Assembly (NCBI GenBank): GCA_964019335.1
Contig: OZ025655.1
Span: 372,001-436,000, forward strand
Direction of reading: 5' to 3'
Source: Diplonema japonicum
Taxonomy: Eukaryota > Protista > Euglenozoa: Diplonemea
Length of the DNA stretch: 64,000 bases
Shown here piece by piece: positions 31,471-43,322 of this stretch (its first letter is position 1; each line of letters begins with the position of its first letter). Below the pieces are notes generated by a model. That model searched no databases, was not told the DNA's origin, and saw only the letters and a list, made by a program, of their open reading frames with translations. The position numbers and the translations under genes are program-made.

Positions 31471-33636
31471 CTATCGGTGAGAGGACGAGCACCTTCCCTG
31501 TTTGGTTCTTTCGGCCGTGCGGGAGTCGCGGGAGGCAGACTGAAGTGCAGACCTGTCAAAAGATTTATGGAAAGCAGGAAGAATGCCTTGGAGGAAGTCT
31601 TTTGAGGAGATTGAAAGTGAATCATCGTCGTCTTCTTCAATACCCGCCACCACCGCCACATCATCCTCGTCCTTGCTGGACAACGATGACGACATACTCA
31701 TACGCCCGTTATCGACAACAAGCGAAGGGACCTCAGGGTAGAAGTTGGTGAGAGGCTCCCCGTACCCGTTTATAACATAACTCGTTTGCGTGTAAGGAGA
31801 CGTCCCTGTCATGGACCCCCACGACTGCTGTGAGTGGAGGGACGACCCCAACGGCGGGCACCCTGTAGTAGGGGAGCTGCACACTGAGGAGTAGTTCGGG
31901 ATCGCCATTGCATTCGACACCGGCGACGATGACATGTTGACTGGTATAGACGAGCTGTGCTGATGGTGCACAGGGCTCCCCACCACTCCGAACATTGGGG
32001 ACCCAGTGGGCATCTTCCCCAACGGTGATGACGGAACAGATGGCATCTTGACATGGGGTGACGTTGCGATTGGTTGGCTTGGCGGCACCGCCCCTGTCAG
32101 CATCACGCCCTGGTGGCTGAAGCACACATTCAAAAGAACCCCCTCGTACACCGCACCGTTCAGAAGCCCGCCCATCACGAACGCCACGTCACTGTCCACC
32201 ATCTCCACCGTCTTGCCCTTCGCGTCCACGTTCTTCACCAGCTGCTCTGGGCTGAAGGACTTCCACTTCCCGATCTCCCTCATGTGATGTCCAATCGCGT
32301 TCATAAAGTCGCTCCTTGTCCAGTGGTCAGGCGCTGTATAGAACAGCAGCACTGCCGACGGCGACTGCATCACCGACTCCGGTGCAGGGGAGATGGCGCC
32401 GTTCGGTTCCTGGTCCAAGGTGTGCATCAGTTTTTGCATCTCCGAAGTGTTCCAGTTGGTAGCGTTGCGGTGGTGGCTGACGACAATGCTGCACTTTCTG
32501 CCGAAGAGGCTGAGCTGCGAGAAGTGCCTGAGCGCCGTGCTGGCCCCGTCGTGGTACTGCAACAAGCAGCAGCCTGGTGATCTGTAGCAGAACTTGACGG
32601 CAACGACCTGCCCGTACATGGCAGCCACTCTGAAGATCACCTTGGGCGACACGATGTGCTCGCCGCCTTCTGCAAGCGGGAGGCCAGACAGCTTCAACAC
32701 CATCCCTTCCTCAGTGTTCAGCAGCGAGCTGGGCTTGGGGTCCGTGCAAGGGGGCGGGTCGAACTGCCCGTTCGGAACCCAGCAATTCCCCCACAAGTAG
32801 TCACGAATGGCCCAGCCCAGGTCAGCCTGGACAGTTCCCAATTCGTCAGGGTAATGGCTTGACACGTATTCGTTTACACGACTATAGTCTTTTCTGGTGT
32901 CATTCTCAACTCGGAAGGTGAGCTCTGTGACCCTAGCAGGGCTGGCGTGCACGATGCATTCGCCGCCGCTGCCGTCCTCGGCAGTGAAATTCACCTTTCT
33001 ACCATTGAGATGCTCCATGGCGGTCTTGGCAAAGTTGGGGTCGCTGAACTGGACGAGAGCCTGGCCGGAGGCAAGGATCACGTTGACGGAGGCGTCGCAG
33101 GGCTGCGGCTCGTCTTTGGCCTTCAGGCCGACCATAGAGATCTTTTCGACACGGCCGAACTGGGAGCAGATCCAGAACATCTCGTCCATGGGGATCTTCC
33201 CAGTGGGCTGCTTGAGGAGCATCATGAGCACGCGGGGGTGGTGCACAGAAAAGGTTGGGCGGCGGGAAAGCTGCGTTTTTGTCGAGTAGTGGACAGAGAT
33301 GATTTGTGCACCGAACCGAAATGCCCCAGGGTTCTTCTCAGCCTCTGCCATTACGGAATCGCTCATTGCGAGGCTTTCAAGTTCTACTAGGGCAACACCG
33401 TCCTTTAGCAGCAAGACGCAGACAGTTTTCAGGCTCCTTACCTGCCCCCCAGTCATGTACACCCGGCTGTTCACCCACTTCTCGACATCCTTTGTGGTGG
33501 CACCCTCTGGAAGCCTTCTCAGTAGCAACACTCGGCTCTTCTCGTTTCCCTTGCCGTGCCCACCCTGTGCTCCTATGTGGTGCGGGTGGTGGTTATGGTG
33601 CATCCCCATCCCTGGCCCTTGGTGTGCGTACGCCAT
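31471..33636 (-). CDS. PTB/hnRNP-L-like multi-RRM RNA-binding protein
   Basis: SRVLLLRRLP, FGRVEKI, GQALVQF..AMEHLNG, MYGQVVAVKF and SPSAVLLF match the four atypical RRMs of the PTB family. Confidence 0.8.
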   Translation of the reverse strand: MAYAHQGPGMGMHHNHHPHHIGAQGGHGKGNEKSRVLLLRRLPEGATTKDVEKWVNSRVYMTGGQVRSLKTVCVLLLKDGVALVELESLAMSDSVMAEAEKNPGAFRFGAQIISVHYSTKTQLSRRPTFSVHHPRVLMMLLKQPTGKIPMDEMFWICSQFGRVEKISMVGLKAKDEPQPCDASVNVILASGQALVQFSDPNFAKTAMEHLNGRKVNFTAEDGSGGECIVHASPARVTELTFRVENDTRKDYSRVNEYVSSHYPDELGTVQADLGWAIRDYLWGNCWVPNGQFDPPPCTDPKPSSLLNTEEGMVLKLSGLPLAEGGEHIVSPKVIFRVAAMYGQVVAVKFCYRSPGCCLLQYHDGASTALRHFSQLSLFGRKCSIVVSHHRNATNWNTSEMQKLMHTLDQEPNGAISPAPESVMQSPSAVLLFYTAPDHWTRSDFMNAIGHHMREIGKWKSFSPEQLVKNVDAKGKTVEMVDSDVAFVMGGLLNGAVYEGVLLNVCFSHQGVMLTGAVPPSQPIATSPHVKMPSVPSSPLGKMPTGSPMFGVVGSPVHHQHSSSIPVNMSSSPVSNAMAIPNYSSVCSSPTTGCPPLGSSLHSQQSWGSMTGTSPYTQTSYVINGYGEPLTNFYPEVPSLVVDNGRMSMSSSLSSKDEDDVAVVAGIEEDDDDSLSISSKDFLQGILPAFHKSFDRSALQSASRDSRTAERTKQGRCSSSHR

Positions 33637-34136
33637 TTTCTTTCTTACGTCTTTTTTTTTTCTTCTTCTTCTTTTTTCTTTTTTGTTGTTTTGTTGTCCT
33701 TTTTTTTTCCTCTTTTCTTCCCCCTCCCCTTTTCCTCTCCCTTCCTTTCATTTAGCGGTTGAATTTTTAAAATGGTTCGGTGGGTATACAAAGACAATAA
33801 TAATAAAAAAGAAGAGGGGGGTAAGTAATAAAAATACACCTAGGGTGGAGAAAACAAGGGGGCAGTGGGAAAATTCTAAAGGGGGAGGATGAAGTTCTTT
33901 ACAAATCTTAAAAAAAAAAAGAAAACCCATTCATAGACATTTTATGTGATGTGAGCACTTAGCACCTTTCTTTTTAGCAAAAAAAGGGTTATGCAAACCT
34001 GCACCTGGCCGAATAGGTTCTTCCTTCCCTTCTTTTTTCTTTTTTTTGTTAACACCAAGAGGGTTTTAACAAATTCTCTCGATCTATTTAAAAAAAAAAA
34101 ATAATTCTTTTACAAAAAATTTAAAAAAAAAAAAAT

Positions 34137-35874
34137 CTAAATTCTAAGACACAATCTCCCTGCTCCTCTGGTGGTCCTTCTTTTCTTCGGGGTAGGGGCA
34201 GGCGAGTCGTCGATATGTTCAGAAGCACGTTTCCTGTTCGCCACCAGAGGCTGCAGAGGCTTGGCCTGGGGCGGCTCAGGTTTTTGAGGAGAGTCGGACT
34301 GGGATTTACACGACTGATAAGAAGAAGAAGAAGAAGCAGAAGGAGACCTCTGTGGGAGGTTTTGTGGTGCGGTAGACAAGGCCCGACACTGTACTTGCGC
34401 TACTGAGAACGACCTGTCTAGGTCCCTTGAGGCTGGTGCCAGCGATGCTTGAGACCTACCTACTGCCTGTACTGTGCGGAATAGATTCCGCCTTTTTTCT
34501 TTTTCATTCCGCAGAAGTGACTCAGCAAGCTGTGCGTCTTTCTTCAATGACTCGTTCTCCTTTCTAGCCCTCATGAGCTTTGCGCTCAGCTTCTCTACGG
34601 CTTCGCTGAATTTCTTCTCGTGAGCTTTCATCTTTTCGTATTTCTTACCCAAAATAACGAGCTTTTCCTTCAGCCCGTCTGTCTTTTCCTCGGCTTCTTC
34701 CTTTATTTTGTCCTCTTCCCTTTCTAGCCTCTCCGTCATCTCTTTCTCTTTCTTCTTCAGTTTTGTGTTTTCGGACTTCAGTCCCCTTTGTACGTTTTTG
34801 AGGTCGGTCACCGCATCTTTTTCCCTCTTCTTGATCTTTTTGATCTCCTTTTCGTGCTTTTTCACCTTTTCGTTGGCCTCTTCCACCTCTTCCTCCAGTT
34901 CTTGTATCTTGTCTTCCAGCTCTTTCTCCCTCCCGTTTTCCTTCTTGGCAATTTCTGCGGCTTTCTTCGCTTTTTCCGTTTCCTTGGTGGCAGCGGCCAT
35001 CTGCTTGCTGTGCGTTTTCTTCTCGGCCTCCAGTTTATCGATGGTCGCCTCCATTTCTGTTATCTGTTTTTGCAGTGCTTCCTGATGTTCTGGTGTCGCG
35101 ACCGTATCGATCTTTGCAGCTGCTTGTTTGCACTCCTCGAGTTCTGAAGTCGTTTGTTTCTCCTGTTTGTGTTGAGTACAGAGTGTTGAAGCGCACATAC
35201 CCTGTCAATAGAACTCTGAAGACGGTGCTGAAGGTCCTTGACCTCATCTGCCTGTATAATGGATAGTGGTGTTAATGTGATATGCATACCATTGAGCGTT
35301 GTGCCCCGAGTGCCTGCATCAAAGCCTCATTGTCTGTTTTCAGTTGTGCCATTTCCTCGCTGAGCCCGCTGTCTGCGGTTGTTGGGGTGCGTTGTTTCAA
35401 GGTTGCAAGCTCATCCTCCGCCTTCATTCTTTCTTCGATTGCCTGTTTTTTTTCCTTTCTAAGGGATTCACATTCGCTCTTTGTAGCCTGAAGCAGTGTC
35501 TCAAGACGGGTTTTCTCGTTAGCTTGCGCGTCATTTCCAACCTTCGGTTGCTCTGTTTTTGCGGCCTTCAGCTTATTAAGCTGTCCCTCCAGTTCGTCGG
35601 CGTAGGACTCTGCGTCTTCTATTTGAGTCCTCAGGTCCTCGATGATGTCTGTCCCTTCGCTTAGAGCTTTTAGATCGTCTACTCGCTTTTGTAGCTTTTT
35701 CTCGTTTTCCTCCAAAGCGAGGACTTCTTTGTGCCATCTTTCTTCGCTCTTCGCGGCCTCTTTTTTTTCTGCGTCAGCTTCTTCTTGCTGCAGGCGCAGC
35801 TTCTCGTTCAGAGCGGCTTCTCTGTCGTCTCGTTCCATCATCATAAGGTTGAACTCATCTTCTGTGATCGACAT
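34137..35874 (-). CDS. Long coiled-coil protein; exons 35874-35290, 35251-35201, 35162-34137
   Basis: Two track ORFs are joined in frame by two 38-nt GTATG...CAG introns (35252-35289, 35163-35200) around a 51-nt exon; basic NLS-like C-terminus. Confidence 0.85.
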
Positions 35875-36061
35875 CTTACCTGTCTGCGCAATGTGTGTTC
35901 TTGCTAGAAATGTGTCCGGGAGTACAAAAAAAAAAAAAAAAAAGAAAAGAAAATTCAAAAATACAATAAGAAATACAAGAAATATAACAAATCTTCTTTT
36001 TTTAAGGCTCTTTTTGTCGCATTAGCATGTAAATGCTAATGGTAATCAAAAAAAAAAAAAA

Positions 36062-36092
<31 letters not shown>

Positions 36093-36179
36093 ACATTTAA
36101 AAAAGGGGCGGGGGAAAAGGGGGGCAGCGGGGGTTGTTTTTCTTTTTTGTTTTTTTTTTCTTTTTAATTTTTTATTTCC

Positions 36180-36707
36180 TCAACACATCATTCTTGAGTG
36201 GATGGTAGACCGTAGGTACTCCCGGAAGGCGGCGTCCTCCTCGCTCATCTCACGGTGTTTCATCTTTCTGTGGAGATCACCGTCGTGTGATTTGGGTAGT
36301 TTCGCAAGGTGGTGCTTCTTACGGTACTTCTTCGAGTGCATGAAATTCCGTGCGTTGGGTGTAAGGACGTTGGTAGTGCAAACAGTGCCAGATCCTGCCG
36401 TGACCTGGGGCAGCCGTACACGGACGGGGCGTTGTCTCTTGTCCTGTGTCGTAGCTGCATGCGACTCGCCTTCAGGTTCAGAAACTACTTCGCCAACACC
36501 TCCCAAAAGGTTGCACTTTGCTTTGGAAGCCATCACCCGTACACCAACCCTTGGGAAGAACACGTCATACTCATTGACGGGAAATACCAATCGGCACCCG
36601 CCGACCTTTCCCGACAGCTCCGTCACCATGGGCTGCACTGTGCCAGACCCTTTCAAGCACGCCCTCCCCTTCCTTCGAGGCATCAGTCCCGCCAACCTGT
36701 GAAACAT
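36180..36707 (-). CDS. Small basic protein, possibly mitochondrial
   Basis: MFHRLAGLMPRR presequence-like start; K/H/R-rich C-terminus; co-oriented with the cluster. Confidence 0.55.
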   Translation of the reverse strand: MFHRLAGLMPRRKGRACLKGSGTVQPMVTELSGKVGGCRLVFPVNEYDVFFPRVGVRVMASKAKCNLLGGVGEVVSEPEGESHAATTQDKRQRPVRVRLPQVTAGSGTVCTTNVLTPNARNFMHSKKYRKKHHLAKLPKSHDGDLHRKMKHREMSEEDAAFREYLRSTIHSRMMC

Positions 36708-36792
36708 GCCTACCCAACACAGAACTACCCCTTTTTTTCTTGTTCTTTTCGATGGGACAAAAGAAAGGGAAACAAAAAAGGTAGAAAAGCTC

Positions 36793-36828
<36 letters not shown>

Positions 36829-36943
36829 AAGAACGAGTCTTTGACTTGTCTAAACAAAAGGGGAACGTTGGCAACGTGTTTCGGGTTGACAAACTTCTCC
36901 AGGTTTTACCCGGCACGTACAAACAACGGCCAGTTCCTCTTTT

Positions 36944-38278
36944 TTACCTCTGGTTTGGGCGGTTTCCCATTAGTTTGTGAGGACCGGTTCCCGAGCCCCG
37001 TTCCGTCACAAAGAGATTGTCCGGGATAGGTTCACCTGCATGGACACATGCTGCCGCGGTGTTCTGTACCAATGAGGGGGTGATGGGCACATTGTTGTTG
37101 ATGGCAGCATGGTAGAGAGCAACAGCTTTGGCAGCATCCCCAACACGGGCGTAAATGGACGAGAGGCGTATCCATAGGGAGGGGGATTGTGCTTTGCCAG
37201 TGGAGAGCGCGTTTTGAAAGAGAGCGACAGCTTTGTCCACGATGGCGCCTGTATCGGAAGTACGCGGGAGAGCGTCGAGCTCTGCTGTGCACGCATCAAG
37301 ACACACGGCGTAGAGGGCGACATCAGGTTCGTACCCCCAGTGAAAAGAGTACTCGTGGACAAGGACAAAGGCACGCGCAGGGTTCTTCGCGGTGATGTGC
37401 AGCGTTGCCAATGCTGTCAGTGTCATACGTCCCACGACACCACCACAATGCACATCGCACTCCTTGCGGACTACCTTCTCCACATGGTCAGGGTCGTCAC
37501 CAGTGAATCCTGACTGGGTGAGAGCAGACAGCACCCCATCTTCAGGCACAATGTTTGTGTGCGTAACTGCTTCACGATAAACACTGAGCGCAGCAGGGAA
37601 CGACTCAAGCACGGCTAACATATGACATAGGTCGTGTTTCGTAGGATAGCGAAGCAAGTAGTAATGATGATACGCCCTTTCAGGGTTTTTAGAAAGCTTT
37701 GCGTAGTGAAGGAGTTCACGATGAACTTGCATGTTGCCAATGGTGTTGTTTCGGCCTGTTGCAACACCAAGAGACTCCAAGAGGGCAAGGTCAGCGGCCA
37801 CCCTGGAGGGGTTCCGCGTCCTGACAGAGTACCGAAGGAAGGCAATCGCCATCCATTTTGAAACACGGATACCATTTGCCTGTATGTAACTCACAGCTAA
37901 GCCACGTTGCATGCAGCCACACAACAGCGAAACTACAGCATCATAAGCCGTATGAGTCAGGGGGGCGTTGGCGGCCGCGAAGTCAAGGAGCTCCTTGCAG
38001 CCACTATGAACTCGTCTTCTGTCTAAAACCTTCCCTCTCCTTACAAGTTTTCTCACCCACATGAATCTCCTCTTGATTTCGTCAGCTTGGTCTTCTGGAT
38101 TGCTTCTCTTCGAGGTCATCCTCATCGGTACCTTTTTTTCAGTTTTCGCTTCTACTCTCTCTATCTTCCTCCCCTCTCTCACAGCGTCCGCAATATCATC
38201 CCCTTCGTTTCCGAACCCCTTGCCTTTTAGAAACGTGCAATAGCTTCGGCATGTCGTCGTGCTCCAGGAACGGTACAT
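36944..38278 (-). CDS. PPR-like helical repeat protein, probably mitochondrial
   Basis: YEPDVALYAVCLDAC, LWIRLSSIYARVGDAAKAVALY resemble PPR units; Ser/Thr/Arg-rich N-terminus. Confidence 0.65.
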   Translation of the reverse strand: MYRSWSTTTCRSYCTFLKGKGFGNEGDDIADAVREGRKIERVEAKTEKKVPMRMTSKRSNPEDQADEIKRRFMWVRKLVRRGKVLDRRRVHSGCKELLDFAAANAPLTHTAYDAVVSLLCGCMQRGLAVSYIQANGIRVSKWMAIAFLRYSVRTRNPSRVAADLALLESLGVATGRNNTIGNMQVHRELLHYAKLSKNPERAYHHYYLLRYPTKHDLCHMLAVLESFPAALSVYREAVTHTNIVPEDGVLSALTQSGFTGDDPDHVEKVVRKECDVHCGGVVGRMTLTALATLHITAKNPARAFVLVHEYSFHWGYEPDVALYAVCLDACTAELDALPRTSDTGAIVDKAVALFQNALSTGKAQSPSLWIRLSSIYARVGDAAKAVALYHAAINNNVPITPSLVQNTAAACVHAGEPIPDNLFVTERGSGTGPHKLMGNRPNQR

Positions 38279-38439
38279 TTTCGCATTTTTTCTTTTTTTT
38301 TTCTTCTCCAAAAGCCTTTCATTGCGTTTTTAATAATTCATGGAAAAATATTCAGACGGGGAAAACAATACACATAAAAAAAAAAAAAGAGAGAGAGAAA
38401 GAACACTTACACGACACACTTGCTTTTTTACCCAATCTT

Positions 38440-40917
38440 TCATTTTCCTTCCTTTTTAACCAACATTGGCAACACCCTCTCGAGAGGTACATCAAGCAAC
38501 CCACAGTCATCATTTAAAGCGTTGGGTGGTAGCAAAATGGGCACGTTGGCGGGATGTGGCCCTCCTGCCGTAGAGGTAGAGGAGAGGGTAAGGGAGAGGA
38601 GGTCGGGAGGCTCAGCTATGGGTGATGTGAGAGACTGGACGAGCCGCAGTGCGTGCTCATGAGTGAGGGGTGTTGCGAATTTTGATTGAGCGAAGTCCCA
38701 CTGTGAAGGGGATGACGCAAGCACGCTGCGGAGGGTGGTTTGGAGGGACGGGGGCGAGGTTTCGAGATATAACTTGATCGTCCTAACGAGCTGGTCGTCC
38801 CCCACCGACCCGTGCATGTACCCTGCGATGATTCCGACGAGCTGCCCACACCCTTCCGTGTACTCCCCTCCATGGTCTGCTTGCTGATATGCACTCCCTA
38901 CCAACGGGGACAGGTTTCTGTAGTCCACCCCGCCCCCTTTTTCCGTTGCCAGCACTTCATACAGCATGTCCCGCAGGTCCGCAACGTCACATGGTGTAAC
39001 CGGCTGCAGCTCGTCCAGCACCGACGAGATCCCGTCATCGATGTCGTTGAACACACCAAAATGCGTCCACAGCTGCAAATCAGACGTCAGCCCCATATGC
39101 TCCAGCACCAGCCTTGCAATAAAGAACCTCTCCGGGCGGTGCAGATGCTCCGTATCCGAGATTTCTTTCACTACATTCGTCAAGAATCTTACATCTCTCG
39201 CCTTTACAGCCCTGCACACCGATCCTGTCACATCACCGGACCACAGCAACAGCAGGCTCATTACACGGGATCCCGATCGGTGTGCCCACGAAGCTTTCTC
39301 AGCGACTTCCTCGTCTAGGTGCACACGTAGCACTCCTGAGAGTAACGATTTCGACACCCACCGCAGGACTTGCGTGTCGCTTGCACCGAAGTCCGACAGC
39401 AACACGACGATTATTGGGACTAAATAAACGGGGATGAGCCCCATTAGGTCCCTGAGGACCTCTGGGAAGGATGCCCTCCTATGGAGGACGCGTTGCCATG
39501 GCAATGGGAGCGTGATGCCGTGTGCAGAGCCAGGACAAGTGGGGGTGGTAGTGACGAAGTTAGACTCGCGCAAGAAGGTGATTTGGGTGTGCTTGTCAGT
39601 GAGGCAGTACATGCCAAGGTCGTCAATGACGGCGGCGGGGTCGGGGAGGTCAGTGCCATGGGCGGGGCGGTCTTCGCCTGCATTTGACGCTGTCAGCAAG
39701 GCGTGGAATAAGTCCAGCTCGTCGGCCGGCACATCGTCACCCTCCGGGTCAACTTGCGTTGCTGTCGAGAGCCACAGTTCCTCCGCTGCCTCATCCGCAG
39801 ACTTCACAGCTTTCCAGAACACATTGTCCACAGTGACGGCGTCGTAGGAAGCCACCCTAGATGACCATTCGCTGTCCAGCACCGACTCAGTGCCTCCCTC
39901 AGCCTCTGGTAGCGTGAACCTGACCTGCTTCGACGTCGGGAACTTCTCGCATTCTTGTTGATCCTTGGACGCTGCTTGTTGTCTCTTTCGTATTATCCTT
40001 TTACTGAAGAAGCATCTCGCAAGTTTCTCTCTATCGACGACGGGCTCCAAGGGCTCCAACAACTCCATGAGCCGTCCGGAGGCTTCAAAGATCTCAGAGG
40101 GTGTGGTTGCTTCGATCCAGGACCGCAAAACGTTGGAAGAGGCGGGGGCAGGGGGGGGCGGGGGGGTTGGTCTATCGATGGGGTCGGCGGGTAGGTCGGA
40201 GTACCAGTCGACGGGAGCATCGGGAGTGGGAGGTGGTGGAAGAGCTTCCGCGCAGATCTTGGTGCCGTCTTCTGTGAAACGAGTAGAATGGGTGCCCAGC
40301 GACCAGCACGTGACGCTGCGTGACCCCTCGTCATACGCATGTTTGTCCTGCACCTGAACACCCACCACAGTCGGCGCCTCGTCGGGGCGTGCGGTGACAA
40401 GAAGGAGTTCACCCCTCGTAACTATCCACACAGCAGATGAAGAAGAGGCCGGGTAGATGCTAAGTTCAGTCTGTGCAAGGAAGGTGTGCAATGTGACCCC
40501 AGCAGGTTGCTTCGACTGCGATGTGAGGGTGCTCGTCGTGAGCGGGGTGTCCGCAGGAGCGAGATGCATGGCATTCAAACTGTAACCCTTTTCTACTTCT
40601 TCTAAAACGTAGAACAGTGTACTCTCAGATAAACAAGCAGACACCACCTTGCCCCCTTGAAGATGGAATTTCATGCCCTGTGTCCACTCTGACCCGGCTT
40701 TGTCCCACACCCTCACTTCACCCCTTTCTCTCGCGACTAAAAAAAATTGCAAATCTCCAAAGAAGCCGGCCGTAAGCACCTTGGTCTCCTTTCTGTCGCA
40801 CACGACGTCCTTCCCCCCGCCATCTGTTACCACTACAGTCGTTTCTTCCTGGTTTATCCCGACCCGATACCCTGCCTTGCTAGCTCCGGGTAGGTCTCTG
40901 AGATTAGTACCACTCAT
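38440..40917 (-). CDS. Hypothetical protein (beta-rich N-terminus, helical C-terminus)
   Basis: 825-aa uninterrupted ORF with coding-like composition. Confidence 0.75.
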   Translation of the reverse strand: MSGTNLRDLPGASKAGYRVGINQEETTVVVTDGGGKDVVCDRKETKVLTAGFFGDLQFFLVARERGEVRVWDKAGSEWTQGMKFHLQGGKVVSACLSESTLFYVLEEVEKGYSLNAMHLAPADTPLTTSTLTSQSKQPAGVTLHTFLAQTELSIYPASSSSAVWIVTRGELLLVTARPDEAPTVVGVQVQDKHAYDEGSRSVTCWSLGTHSTRFTEDGTKICAEALPPPPTPDAPVDWYSDLPADPIDRPTPPPPPAPASSNVLRSWIEATTPSEIFEASGRLMELLEPLEPVVDREKLARCFFSKRIIRKRQQAASKDQQECEKFPTSKQVRFTLPEAEGGTESVLDSEWSSRVASYDAVTVDNVFWKAVKSADEAAEELWLSTATQVDPEGDDVPADELDLFHALLTASNAGEDRPAHGTDLPDPAAVIDDLGMYCLTDKHTQITFLRESNFVTTTPTCPGSAHGITLPLPWQRVLHRRASFPEVLRDLMGLIPVYLVPIIVVLLSDFGASDTQVLRWVSKSLLSGVLRVHLDEEVAEKASWAHRSGSRVMSLLLLWSGDVTGSVCRAVKARDVRFLTNVVKEISDTEHLHRPERFFIARLVLEHMGLTSDLQLWTHFGVFNDIDDGISSVLDELQPVTPCDVADLRDMLYEVLATEKGGGVDYRNLSPLVGSAYQQADHGGEYTEGCGQLVGIIAGYMHGSVGDDQLVRTIKLYLETSPPSLQTTLRSVLASSPSQWDFAQSKFATPLTHEHALRLVQSLTSPIAEPPDLLSLTLSSTSTAGGPHPANVPILLPPNALNDDCGLLDVPLERVLPMLVKKEGK

Positions 40918-41181
40918 TGTGTTTGTATTCCTTTCCGTCTTTTTTCTTCTTTTAGATTCTGCCTTTTCCTCACACGGACATCATGTTTTTTTTTTTTCCT
41001 TTTCCAAAAGTGTTTCCCTAGTGTGTTTGCGTATTGTGCCTGGAAAAATAAACGAGTAAAAATAAAAAGAAAAACTGATTTCTTTTTTAAAAAAAAGAAG
41101 AAAAAAAAAAAGAAAAAAAAAAAAGGCACACTAATGATGAAAAGAGGGAACTTTTTTTTTTTTTTTGCTTTTTTTTGTTCC

Positions 41182-41212
<31 letters not shown>

Positions 41213-41219
41213 GTCTCGT

Positions 41220-42401
41220 TTACAAAGTGGTAGTTTTCAAATAATTGTGTCGAAGGGCCTCCCTGCATGTCATCCTTTCCTCGGGGATGTACTCGAGCAT
41301 GCCTCTGATGAAGTGGTGGAATTCGTTGCGTTGCCACTGCTTGTCGTCCATGCAACGTGTCTGCTCTGTAAGACGGGGGAGCTCACGGACAAAGTCCACC
41401 TCCGACGACTTCGTTGACGAGAGCGGCCAGTTGACCCGACCAGAAGAGGACAAGAGACAAGGATCGTCACTAGTCCGCCTTCTATAGTCCGTGACCATAC
41501 CACGAGGAAGGTCACCTAGAACGTGCTCCATCATCGCTAGGTGCTCTAATGAGTTGTGTGTGCTAAACATGCACTCTCCGAACCCCAACTCGACAAGCAT
41601 GGTCCCGATAGCCCATATATCTGATGGATAGGACCAACCAAGTTCGAGGACTGCCTCAGGTGCCCTGTAGTGCCTTGTCCCGATTGTTGTTTTCTTCTTA
41701 ACATCTTTGTTGTGAACGTTGTGCGCAGACCCGAAATCTATGACAATGATCTCTGGGGAAATTGGTGTCAACACCCCACCGTGCTCCTCTAGCATATCAG
41801 AGTGCTTAAAAATTACATTTTCAGGTTTTATGTCGGTGTGGATAACACCTTTTGAGTGCGAGAATTCCATACAAGAGACAAGCTGATACGCGATAGACTT
41901 AACAAAGTACTTGGAATACCCTTTAAATTTGTTGTTTTCGAGAACATGAAACACAGAAGGACCATACAGGGGGAGCACGATGCATGTGTGTCGTGCATCG
42001 CACCCTTTTTTGTCTTCTAAGAATGTTCTGTTAATGTTGATTATGTGTTTTTCAGTGCTGGATTCTTCCAGTAGCCGGAGGATACCGAGTTCTTCTTCGG
42101 CTCCCAACATGTATCGTTTCTCCGCTCTGATGATTTTTACCGCGACGCGTGTTTTTTTTTTTTCGTCCACGCACTCCATTACCTTCGAAAAGGTTCCCTC
42201 TCCCAGTTTTCTCAGTACTTTGTACCTTCCATCGTCCAGCTCTGACCCTGGGCCTCCACTGTAATGTGTTTTGTTCCTCTTCTTTCTCTTCCTCTCGGAG
42301 GTGTTAGATGACACGCTTCTGCTCGGCTCTGACTCGTCCTTCTTCCGCTTGTGTTTGTTTCTGGACCCTGCGGTCCCGCTTCTTCCTCGCTTTCCCCCCA
42401 T
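41220..42401 (-). CDS. CLK: LAMMER/CLK dual-specificity protein kinase
   Basis: LGEGTFSKV, VAVKII, HTDIKPEN, IDFGSA, TRHYRAPE and the signature EHLAMMEHVLG. Confidence 0.93.
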   Translation of the reverse strand: MGGKRGRSGTAGSRNKHKRKKDESEPSRSVSSNTSERKRKKRNKTHYSGGPGSELDDGRYKVLRKLGEGTFSKVMECVDEKKKTRVAVKIIRAEKRYMLGAEEELGILRLLEESSTEKHIININRTFLEDKKGCDARHTCIVLPLYGPSVFHVLENNKFKGYSKYFVKSIAYQLVSCMEFSHSKGVIHTDIKPENVIFKHSDMLEEHGGVLTPISPEIIVIDFGSAHNVHNKDVKKKTTIGTRHYRAPEAVLELGWSYPSDIWAIGTMLVELGFGECMFSTHNSLEHLAMMEHVLGDLPRGMVTDYRRRTSDDPCLLSSSGRVNWPLSSTKSSEVDFVRELPRLTEQTRCMDDKQWQRNEFHHFIRGMLEYIPEERMTCREALRHNYLKTTTL

Positions 42402-43040
42402 TTCTTCTTTTTTTTTTCCCCCCTCTTCTTTCTCCCTTACCAACCTGTAAGAGTGGTTGGTTCTATGTCGGGGTATGTGTAAAAAAAAATATAAAAAAAA
42501 AAATATAAAAAGAAATGGCCCTGAGTGGCAGCATGGGGGCAGAACTGAATACGGAGAAAGGAGGGGGGAGGTAAATTTTTCTCGGAAAACAAAACAAAAA
42601 AAAAAAACTAAAAGAAAAAAAAAACCCTCAAACTGTCTCGACTCCCCCATTTTTTTTTTTTTTTTTTCCCATTCAACCTCACGTCTTTTTTTCTTTCCCC
42701 CTCCCACGCACAACTTTTAATGTCCCTGGAGGAAAAAAAAAAAAAAAAAAATCCCCCTGGCAGACAAAAAGGGCGTAAAAGTACAGGGGCAAGGGAAAAC
42801 TAAATGGGGTCGAGGTAAAAGGGAGGAGTAGTCGGAGGGGGGGGAAAAAATCTTTTTTTTTCTTCTTTTTTTTTTCCAATCAGAGAATTTTACTATCGAG
42901 TTGTTCCCGCGTGAAGTACATAAGACTGCAGAAACCGCCAAATGAGAGGATGGCAGATGCCCAACCGGCTTTTTCGATGGCAGCGATGAACTGTTCATCC
43001 GACCGAATATGCTGCGAGGTACTTCCTTTTTAAAAAAAAA

Positions 43041-43322
43041 TCATACAATTAAATGCTGGGCACAGTCGTCGTGGGGGTCCTCTTTGTTGTGGCAATGAGT
43101 ATCGAACACGTTCCATTCGTGGTTCAGATCATCTTGGATCTCACCTGCTTTGACATAACATAGTACCGCACCCACAGAAAGCGCTATTGTAAGAACCACC
43201 AGTTTAATCTGAGTCCACGGGCTGGGTGTCGGTTTTGCCCTGCTCTGCGAAATCTTTTTCGCCACGTCGTCGCCGCCTACGGCCGCGTACTGCCCTGTTG
43301 CTTGTCTTCTTTTCGCCGGCAT
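43041..43322 (-). CDS. Small single-pass membrane protein
   Basis: 93 aa with one TM (LVVLTIALSVGAVLCYV); A-rich leader before ATG like neighbouring genes. Confidence 0.6.
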   Translation of the reverse strand: MPAKRRQATGQYAAVGGDDVAKKISQSRAKPTPSPWTQIKLVVLTIALSVGAVLCYVKAGEIQDDLNHEWNVFDTHCHNKEDPHDDCAQHLIV

